DNA of 64,000 nucleotides from an uncultured Clostridia bacterium (GTDB taxonomy: Bacteria > Bacillota > Clostridia > TANB77 > CAG-508). How positions within the stretch are numbered: position 1 is the first letter of the stretch; each line of letters opens with the position of its first letter. Shown here piece after piece: positions 40,210 to 48,080 of this stretch. Position numbers and translations under genes: made by a program. A model generated the notes under the pieces. That model did not search any database and was not told the DNA's origin. It was given only the letters and a program-made list of their open reading frames with translations. The stretch spans positions 108,487-172,486 of the forward strand of contig CAKPMJ010000001.1 of NCBI GenBank assembly GCA_934167965.1, read 5' to 3'.

Positions 40210-41104
40210 ATGGAAGAATATATTTTAGAAAAATATAAAGAATTTGAATTTAAAGAAATACAAAGTGGATATAGATGTAAAACATATCTAATAAGTAAAG
40301 ATGATAAAAAATATATTTATCAAATTTATTTTGGACACACAAAATATCAAGCAAATAAAAAAGAATATATTACAAAACTTATAAAAGAAAAAACGGAAAT
40401 AAATGAAATTCCTAATATTATCGAATTAGGAGAAAATAAAGAGTTTTCATATTTAGTATCAGAATTAAAGTCAGGGAAAGAACTAGCTTATAATGATAAA
40501 TTTGATTATGAAGTTTTTTATAAGGATTTAGCAAGAATATTAGCAAGAATTCATTCTGTTGAAATAGGTAGTAAATTTCGGATGGATAGGAATAAATGGA
40601 TTGGATGAAAAGGAATATTTTTATCAATATATAGAAGAGGATATAGATAGAAATATTGAAAGAATTAAAAAATATATTGAAGATAAGAATGTTTTAAAAA
40701 GTTTTATTAAAAAAGCTAATATGTCTGTGGAAAAATTGAAGATTATTAGTAATATAAAGCCCGTAATATGTTGGTATGACATTAATCCAAATAATATTTT
40801 AGTGAATGATAATTCTTCTATTACAGGATTTTTAGATCCGGGTGGGGCTAGATTTGCACCAAAAGAATGGGATTTAGCTTTTATTAAGATGGATTTATGC
40901 CAAAATAATAAAGAATATGAATTTTTTAAACAGATATATTCAAAACAAAAACCTATAAATGAAGAATTACTAGAAATATTGACAGTAGTAGTTGAACTTG
41001 ATGATATAGCATTTCAATTAGAAGCAAAAGTTAAATTGCCAATTGCTTTTGAATCTAATTTTAAAGCAGAAATAGAGTATATTCAAAAAGAATATTTAAA
41101 TTAA
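40210..41104 (+). pseudogene. APH/choline-kinase-family phosphotransferase, split by a +1 frameshift (window 40568-40605)
   Basis: ORF 40210..40608 is the N-lobe and ORF 40601..41104 is the C-lobe (WYDINPNNILV Brenner-like motif, FLDPGG). Removing one base at TTT-CGG (40576-40581) reads ...GSKFGWIGINGLDEKEYF continuously. Confidence 0.65.
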
Positions 41105-41120
41105 TTAAAAGAGGAATTTT

Positions 41121-41717
41121 ATGAAAATAAGTAAATTAGAGGGAATTAAATTGTTATCAGAATTAAATATGCCAACAGTAAAATTGTTAGATATAAGACA
41201 AATACTAGAGGGAAAAGAACCATTGAAAGAAGGAATTAGTGTCAGATTATCTCCTAAAAGTAAATTGGTGAAATGGAATGTTGGTCTACCATCAATAAAT
41301 AGAAGAACCAATTTAGATGAGATAAGAGAATTTGTTGAACAACATCAAAATCAATATATAGTTTTTGCACATAAGAGTGTTATACCAGAATCAATAGGAA
41401 CGTTATCAAAGCTAGAAGATTGTCTTGCAATTGAAACTTATAAAAGTTATGAAGATAAACATGATGAAATAATAGATAATAGAATTATTGTGCCAATGTT
41501 AGGAGACAAAATGCATATTAGTCATATGGAAATGTTAAGAGAAGATGAACAGGATTTTAAAAATTTCAGAAAGGTTTTAATGCATTTAAAAGGAATTCCT
41601 TTTAGTCAATATGAAATGGAATATGTTATTGAAAACGGAGATGTTGTGTTTATGGATTTCACAGTTTCAAATAATAGAGAATATCAAGTATATAAAGAAT
41701 TGAATGAAGGAAGATAA
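41121..41717 (+). CDS. hypothetical protein (no recognised domain)
   Basis: 198-aa ORF with an AGAGGA RBS, tightly packed between two kinase genes. Confidence 0.5.
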   Translation: MKISKLEGIKLLSELNMPTVKLLDIRQILEGKEPLKEGISVRLSPKSKLVKWNVGLPSINRRTNLDEIREFVEQHQNQYIVFAHKSVIPESIGTLSKLEDCLAIETYKSYEDKHDEIIDNRIIVPMLGDKMHISHMEMLREDEQDFKNFRKVLMHLKGIPFSQYEMEYVIENGDVVFMDFTVSNNREYQVYKELNEGR

Positions 41718-41718
41718 A

Positions 41719-42669
41719 ATGAATGAAGAACTAAAAGAACTCATAGAGAGGGCATTTAATCAAAAAATAGTTGATATACAAGAAATAAGTGGAGGATGGC
41801 TTACAGAAAAGTGGAAGGTACAATTTAAAGAATTATCAATTATGTTAAAAATAATAGAACATAAAAAAATAATTAGGAGAGACATTAATATTGAATTAGC
41901 AGCCAATTTACTAAAAACAGCTTATAATTTTGGTATAAAATGTCCCTGTATATATAAAATAAATGATAAATTAATAAATTATAATGAGAATAATAATCCG
42001 ATAGTAGTCATAGAATATTTAGAAGAAACTTTTTTAAAGGATCATACTAATATAAATAATGAAGATATTTTTTTAATAGGTGCTGAAATAGCTAAAATGA
42101 GAAAATGTTTTAATGAAATAAGTATAAAACAAAAAATTGATTATTCTGAACTAATTCAAAGAATGCATAAAGAATATGATAAAAGATTAAATGAAGGAAA
42201 GAATGAAATTTATTTACAAGATGTTCTTAAACAGAAAAGAATACTTGACGTATTAGGTTATGATTTTTTTGAAAACTTAGAAATTGGATATTGTCATGGA
42301 GATTTATCACAAGATAATATATTATTTGATAAGAATGGTTTTAAGGCTTTAGTAGATTTTGAAATTGCTAATGTATCTTTTATATTAAGAGATGTTGCGA
42401 GAATATTTTTAACATTTTGCCTAGATAATAATGGAAGAATAAATAAAGAATTGTTAACAAATTTTGTAGAAGGGTATAATAGCATTTCTAAATTAACGAT
42501 TAAAGATTTAATAAATGGGATAAAAATTTTATGGTGTTTAGAAGTAGGGTTGTGGATTAAAGAAGCATATTATATAGACAATACTCCTGAAAAAGTAAAA
42601 AAATTTATGTGTGAAATAAATTGGATAACAGATAATTGGTTTGATTTAGAAAATATTATAAAAATATAG
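41719..42669 (+). CDS. APH/homoserine-kinase-II-like phosphotransferase
   Basis: Catalytic loop CHGDLSQDNILF and the metal-binding VDFE motif. GAAGGAAG RBS before the ATG at 41719. Confidence 0.75.
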   Translation: MNEELKELIERAFNQKIVDIQEISGGWLTEKWKVQFKELSIMLKIIEHKKIIRRDINIELAANLLKTAYNFGIKCPCIYKINDKLINYNENNNPIVVIEYLEETFLKDHTNINNEDIFLIGAEIAKMRKCFNEISIKQKIDYSELIQRMHKEYDKRLNEGKNEIYLQDVLKQKRILDVLGYDFFENLEIGYCHGDLSQDNILFDKNGFKALVDFEIANVSFILRDVARIFLTFCLDNNGRINKELLTNFVEGYNSISKLTIKDLINGIKILWCLEVGLWIKEAYYIDNTPEKVKKFMCEINWITDNWFDLENIIKI

Positions 42670-42671
42670 AT

Positions 42672-42700
42672 AAAGGGATTAGTTATTAGCTAATCCCTTT
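42672..42700. terminator. bidirectional terminator closing the operon
   Basis: AAAGGGATTAG-TTATTAG-CTAATCCCTTTT between convergent genes. It overlaps the stop codon of the PHP gene. Confidence 0.65.
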
Positions 42701-43523
42701 TACAGTTTAAAAGACTTTTAACGATTATGTCCTCATTAGAAAGCTCAAATCCCATTTTTATTTGAGATTTTTCAGAATGCCAATCACTTCCGGCAGTTTG
42801 TAACAAATTATATTTTTGAGCAAGAGAATTATAAAAAATAATATCTTCTTTGGAGTGCTCGGGATAAAATGTTTCAATACCTAAAAGTCCTTTGAAAGTT
42901 AATTCTGCAATATATGAATTAAGAGCTTCATTTTTTTGAGGCAGACGACAAGGATGAGCGAGAACAGGAATTCCACCAGCCTTAAGAATTAAGTTAAGGA
43001 TAAAATCTACACCATAAAAGTTTCTTGGAATGTAATATTTCCCACTTGGATTTATAAAGTCTTTTTTCGCTTGACTAAAACTTTCATAATAGCCTTTTTG
43101 GTGAAGGAACATAGGAATATGATAAGCAGTTATGTGTAATCCTGGTGTTATAGAAGATATTTCTTCGTAAGATGTATATATTCCTAATGTTCTTAATAAT
43201 TTTACATATTCCTTTATGATATAAATTCTTTCTTCTCTTAATTTCATCAGATAATCATTTAGGATATTAGAGTCTTTGAAATTATACCCTAATATATGAA
43301 TGTACCGACTCCGACTAATGTCTGTTGCTGCTTCTAGTTCAACACCTGGAATAAAATGAATGCCTAATTGTTTACATAGCAATTGAGCTTCTTCAATGCC
43401 AGATATTGAATCGTGGTCTGTTAGGGATATAGTACTAATCCCTTTTTGTTTTGCCTTTCTCACTATTTCAGAAGGAGAAAGGTCACCATCTGAAACGAAT
43501 GAATGTAAGTGTAAGTCAATCAT
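42690..43523 (-). CDS. PHP-domain phosphoesterase (TrpH/YciV-like)
   Basis: MIDLHLHSFVSDG N-terminus, internal HILGY, and C-terminal GSDWH motifs of the PHP fold. Confidence 0.8.
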   Translation of the reverse strand: MIDLHLHSFVSDGDLSPSEIVRKAKQKGISTISLTDHDSISGIEEAQLLCKQLGIHFIPGVELEAATDISRSRYIHILGYNFKDSNILNDYLMKLREERIYIIKEYVKLLRTLGIYTSYEEISSITPGLHITAYHIPMFLHQKGYYESFSQAKKDFINPSGKYYIPRNFYGVDFILNLILKAGGIPVLAHPCRLPQKNEALNSYIAELTFKGLLGIETFYPEHSKEDIIFYNSLAQKYNLLQTAGSDWHSEKSQIKMGFELSNEDIIVKSLLNCKRD

Positions 43524-43647
43524 AGGTAAATCCCCCTTCTATAAAATGTAATTTACATAAATATTATATATTTTTTGCCTAAAAATGTCAATATTAAACA
43601 TTGATTATAGTGCAAAAACATTATATTTAGCTTTTTTTTGGAAAAAG

Positions 43648-43676
43648 TTGACATAAACGAGAAAAGATGGTATAAT
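43648..43676 (+). promoter_or_regulatory. sigma-A promoter upstream of argS
   Basis: TTGACA (43648-43653), 17-nt spacer, TATAAT (43671-43676). Confidence 0.65.
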
Positions 43677-43746
43677 AGCTATGTATGAATAAAAATTTTA
43701 TAGATTTTATAAAAATCTAAATATTTATGTAAAAGGTGATCATTAT

Positions 43747-45516
43747 ATGTCATTAATGAATTATTTAAATGATTTAGTAAAACAAAGTTTTTCAAACAAT
43801 GGTTATACAATAGAAAGCAAAGCTGTAAAATTATCAGACAGACCAGATTTATCTCAATTTCAATGTAATGAGGCTTTTGAAATTGCAAAAGCTACAAGAC
43901 AAAATCCTAGAGTTGTTGCTGAAAAGATAGCAGCAGAATTAAGACAAAATCCTGTTTTTAAAGATGTTTCAGTTGCAGGACCGGGATTTATAAATATTTC
44001 TTTAAGTGATACATTTTTAGCAAATTATATACAAGAAATGTCAATTGATCCTAAAATGGGAATAAGAGCAGATAAACCTAAAAAGATTTTAATTGATTAT
44101 GGTGGTGCTAATGTTGCAAAACCATTACATGTTGGACATTTACGTTCTGCAATAATAGGTGAAGGTTTAAAAAGATTGGCTAAAGAACTAGGACATGATG
44201 TTATAGGTGATGTGCATCTTGGAGATTGGGGAAGACCGCTAGGAATTGTTATATCTGAAATAAAAAGAAGAAATCCAGAATTAGTATATTTTGATGAAAA
44301 TTATACAGGTGAATATCCAAGTGAAAGTCCAGTAACTATGAATGATTTAAATGAAATATATCCAACGGCTAGTGCTGCAGCTAAAGAAGATGAAGAAAGA
44401 ATGAGAGAAGCTAGAGAAGCAACAGCAATATTACAAAATGAAGATAGACCTGGACATAGGGGATACTATGCTCTTTGGCAACATATAATTAATGAATCAA
44501 TTAAGGATTTAAAACAAAGTTATGACAAATTAGGAGTAAATTTTGAACTATGGAGAGGAGAAAGCGATTGCATTAAATCAATTCCAGAAATGATGGACAT
44601 TTTAGCAAAGAAAAATTTATTAAGACAAAGTAATGGTGCTACAGTAATGGATGTTGATGAACCAACAGATTCATCTCCAGTTCCTCCACTAATTTTAAAA
44701 ACACAAAGTGATTCGGTTGGCTATCAAACTACTGAATTAGCAACAATATATGAAAGAGTAAAAGAATTTGAACCAGATGAAATTTGGTATGTTGTTGATG
44801 GTAGACAAGAAATGCATTTCAAACAAGTATTTAGAGGAGCATATAAATCAGGAATTGTTCCAGAAGATATGAAATTAAGATTCATTGGATTTGGAACTAT
44901 GAATGGAAAAGATGGCAAACCATTTAAAACAAGAGATGGTGGAGTAATGAAATTATCAGACTTGCTTGAATTAGTGCAAAAGTCATCTGAAAAGAGATTG
45001 GAAGAGAGTGGAGTACAATTTTCTGAAGAAGAAAAGAAAGATAGCGCATATAAAATTGCAGATGCAACAATTAAATATGCAGATGCATTATCTAATAGAG
45101 AAACTGATTACATATTTGATATTGATAAATTCGTTGAAACACAAGGAAAAACAGGTCCATATATATTGTATTCAGCAGTTAGAATAAATTCATTATTAAA
45201 GAAAGCATTAGAACAAGGTATAGAACCAGGAAAAATACAAGAACCTTCTAAAAATGAAGAAAGAATGCTAATGTTAACAATATCAAGATTACCAGATATT
45301 GTAGATATGGCTTTTGAGAATAAATCGCTTACAGAAATAGCAAATTATTTATATGAATTAAATTCTGCTTATAATTCGTTTTATAATACAACAAAAGTAA
45401 TCGGAGAGCAAGATAAAGACAAACAAAAATCCTGGATTCAATTATCAAGTATGGTCGGAAAAATCAACAAGAAGTTATTAGATACAATGGCTATAGAAGA
45501 ACCAGAGAGAATGTAA
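43747..45516 (+). CDS. argS: arginine--tRNA ligase
   Basis: N-terminal Arg_tRNA_synt_N domain, ANVAKPLHVGHLRS (HIGH), DALR anticodon-binding C-terminus ending ...ERM. 589 aa. Confidence 0.93.
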   Translation: MSLMNYLNDLVKQSFSNNGYTIESKAVKLSDRPDLSQFQCNEAFEIAKATRQNPRVVAEKIAAELRQNPVFKDVSVAGPGFINISLSDTFLANYIQEMSIDPKMGIRADKPKKILIDYGGANVAKPLHVGHLRSAIIGEGLKRLAKELGHDVIGDVHLGDWGRPLGIVISEIKRRNPELVYFDENYTGEYPSESPVTMNDLNEIYPTASAAAKEDEERMREAREATAILQNEDRPGHRGYYALWQHIINESIKDLKQSYDKLGVNFELWRGESDCIKSIPEMMDILAKKNLLRQSNGATVMDVDEPTDSSPVPPLILKTQSDSVGYQTTELATIYERVKEFEPDEIWYVVDGRQEMHFKQVFRGAYKSGIVPEDMKLRFIGFGTMNGKDGKPFKTRDGGVMKLSDLLELVQKSSEKRLEESGVQFSEEEKKDSAYKIADATIKYADALSNRETDYIFDIDKFVETQGKTGPYILYSAVRINSLLKKALEQGIEPGKIQEPSKNEERMLMLTISRLPDIVDMAFENKSLTEIANYLYELNSAYNSFYNTTKVIGEQDKDKQKSWIQLSSMVGKINKKLLDTMAIEEPERM

Positions 45517-45518
45517 CA

Positions 45519-45557
45519 AGAAAAGTAGAAATGTAAATTCATTTCTACTTTTTTCTT
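45519..45557 (+). terminator. intrinsic terminator after argS
   Basis: AAAAGTAGAAAT-GTAAATTC-ATTTCTACTTTTTTC. Confidence 0.8.
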
Positions 45558-45582
45558 TAAAAAAAGAAGGAGATATAGCAAT

Positions 45583-46434
45583 ATGAATAATTCAAATTAT
45601 ATTTTTAAAGTATGCAGAGTTCATAATATTGAAGATTTAAAAATGGTTGCTAATAATGGTGCGAATATGATAGGTATCCATGCTGTATATATTGATACAA
45701 ATTCTTATTTAAGTAGTGAAGAAAAATATTTTCCTTTCAAAAGAAATTTAGAAATAAATGAGAATCTTCCACTATCATTTTTTGAAGTTGATAGTATTAG
45801 AAATATGCAAGATAGTATTCCAGATAATATAGACCAAGCAATTTTATTTCAAAGACCACTAGATATTAAATCAATGGAAAATTGTTGTAATATATATAAA
45901 ATGCCAATTAGTAATATGTATATCCAATTACACCATAGGACATCTAAAGAATATATCGATAATATAAAAGAAAAATTGTGTAAAAAGATAATAGCAGTAG
46001 TGGGGCTGTTTCAGGAAGATTTTGAAGAATATTTTTGGTATTTGCATAAGTCTTTAAATTGCGAAACTGATTATATATTAATAGACTTATCAGTACATCA
46101 GTCAGATTTATCGACATATAAGAATAATAGTGATAAATTAATGAAAATTAAAGAAATATGCAAAGTAATTGAAAATAACAAAGTTCCAATAATTCTTGCT
46201 GAAGATACAACTGTTAAAAAGATGCAATATTATTTAAAAGAAATAAAACAACATAATATTATTATAAAAGGTATAGATATGCAAAATGCAGTAGAAATTA
46301 GTAAAAAAGAACAAAGATATATCCTAATAAATAATAATGAAAAGGATTATCAAGCAAAGATTAGAAAGTCAAATGAAAAGTTAAAAGAATGGAAATATTT
46401 TCTTGAAAAAGATGGTAAAAAGTACTTTTCATAA
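45583..46434 (+). CDS. divergent TrpF (phosphoribosylanthranilate isomerase)-like TIM-barrel protein
   Basis: The N-terminus IFKVCRVHNIEDLKMVANNGANMIGIHAV parallels the PRAI KICG(I/L)T..ED...A...GAD..G(F/I) pattern. The rest is not obviously conserved. GAAGGAG RBS. Confidence 0.35.
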   Translation: MNNSNYIFKVCRVHNIEDLKMVANNGANMIGIHAVYIDTNSYLSSEEKYFPFKRNLEINENLPLSFFEVDSIRNMQDSIPDNIDQAILFQRPLDIKSMENCCNIYKMPISNMYIQLHHRTSKEYIDNIKEKLCKKIIAVVGLFQEDFEEYFWYLHKSLNCETDYILIDLSVHQSDLSTYKNNSDKLMKIKEICKVIENNKVPIILAEDTTVKKMQYYLKEIKQHNIIIKGIDMQNAVEISKKEQRYILINNNEKDYQAKIRKSNEKLKEWKYFLEKDGKKYFS

Positions 46435-46453
46435 ATTGTAAGGGGGGAGAAAA

Positions 46454-47650
46454 ATGAAGTGGATTAATAATTTTGAACCATTAAAAATAAAACAAGTAAA
46501 TGATAAAGATATAGAAATAAAAAATTATTGCAAAGATGTATGGATCATAAAAGAAGAAAATAGAGAATACTTAATGATAAAAAGGAATTTTAAAAATAAT
46601 TTTAAAAGAAATATGGATCAAGTAATAATAAAAGATAATGCAGAAATAAAAGTAAAGACAAATTATAATGATAAAAAACAAAGTTTATATCTTGATTATG
46701 GTGCAGATGGCTCTATAATCATTGATATGAATGGAATTGATAATTTCAGATTTGCAGAATCAGAAGTATTTAACGATTATACAATTAGAAAAATTGTTAA
46801 AAAAATGAATTTATTACCTGAAGGAGAATATTTAAGAATTGGTGCTTCCGGAGCAAGGGAAAACGGAAATCATCCAGGTGGAGAAGTTTTTGAATATTCA
46901 TTAATTCAAAATAATAAATGTGAAGGTTTATCACAAAATGTAAGTGGGTATTTGCAAAAAAATGAATGTTATAGTAGAAGTATTCCGTTATTTGAAGATG
47001 ATGAAAAAACATTAAGAGAAGAACGTATAGTATATTCACATACAGCTTGGTTAAAAAAAGGAGATTTTACAGATTCAAAAAGTGTATATATGAAAGTTCA
47101 ACCAAAGAAGTCAGAAGAAAGTTTATTAGATATTTTAAACCAAGCAGCTAGTGAATTGGGAATGAATTGTTTTTCTATTCAAATTTTTGTCAAATCACAA
47201 GAAGAAAATGATACAGAGGTAAATGGACGTGTATTAAAGCATATGCCAGAAAAACCATTTAAAGATATTCCAGAAGTAGTTGAGATTTCATATGAAAAAC
47301 GTTTTAAACTAGAACAATCTGATAAAATGTATGGAATGGGTACAAAATATGAAAGATATGAACCAGAATGGACAGAATTTACAAATGGAGGAAAATATGA
47401 ACGAAGAGGACATATACATGGAACTATTATAAGTAGTATAAAGAGTAACATTAAAAAGCATGAAACATTTCATTTACGCGATGTTTTTATATCTCCAACA
47501 AGTAATGTTGAAATTGTCTTAACACCAATAGATACAATATATAGAATATATCCAATACATAAGAAAAATAATATATATATTTGTGATGCTAGTAAGAAAA
47601 AAATTGATGAGTTAATTGAGAATATAAAAATTATAGATGATAAAAGATAA
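46454..47650 (+). CDS. hypothetical protein (398 aa, no recognised domain)
   Basis: Long ORF with an AAGGGGGGAG RBS, 19 nt after the preceding gene. No TM segments or known motifs seen. Confidence 0.5.
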   Translation: MKWINNFEPLKIKQVNDKDIEIKNYCKDVWIIKEENREYLMIKRNFKNNFKRNMDQVIIKDNAEIKVKTNYNDKKQSLYLDYGADGSIIIDMNGIDNFRFAESEVFNDYTIRKIVKKMNLLPEGEYLRIGASGARENGNHPGGEVFEYSLIQNNKCEGLSQNVSGYLQKNECYSRSIPLFEDDEKTLREERIVYSHTAWLKKGDFTDSKSVYMKVQPKKSEESLLDILNQAASELGMNCFSIQIFVKSQEENDTEVNGRVLKHMPEKPFKDIPEVVEISYEKRFKLEQSDKMYGMGTKYERYEPEWTEFTNGGKYERRGHIHGTIISSIKSNIKKHETFHLRDVFISPTSNVEIVLTPIDTIYRIYPIHKKNNIYICDASKKKIDELIENIKIIDDKR

Positions 47651-47852
47651 AATTTTGTAGCTATATTTTAAAGAATTTATAATTTATATTTTTAATATAT
47701 TGCTTTTTTTAATTAATTACTATATACTAATAATTATAATGAATGTAAACATTGTTTGCATTTTGTTTGCAAAAAGTTGGTACAATAAATAAAAATAGTA
47801 CAAATAATACAATAGATATAAATGATTATAATCTGCAATACAACTAGTATTC

Positions 47853-47942
47853 ATGGATATTTATAGTACAGATAATACAGTGAAAAAATCTCCTTGTGGT
47901 TCGGGCAAAAAGTATAAAAATTGTTGTGGAAAGAATGCATAA
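47853..47942 (+). other. 29-codon ORF ending in a SEC-C zinc-binding motif (probable gene remnant)
   Basis: [29 protein letters not shown]. The last 18 nt before the final two codons (AATTGTTGTGGAAAGAAT) are identical to the secA 3' end. No RBS. Confidence 0.25.
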
Positions 47943-48080
47943 AATTAAATTAAAGAAGTGTAACCTAGAAAGATCGGGTAACACTTCTTTTGATTAGTTA
48001 AATATTTATAATAAAAATATAGACTTTTAAGAAAAAATAATGTAAAATAGTAACATAATAAAAAAGAGGGAGATTAATAT

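Noticed and set aside
1667-40581. Obligatory quadruplet (CGGA) decoding, or an unassigned CGG codon as in some Mollicutes.
   Set aside because: The PHP gene (43305-43313, minus strand) reads through two in-frame CGG codons. One is followed by A, in a conserved context. The ORF at 4300 also has AAA CGG ACT in frame. Each break is equally explained by a one-base homopolymer extension. It is kept only as a testable statistical oddity.
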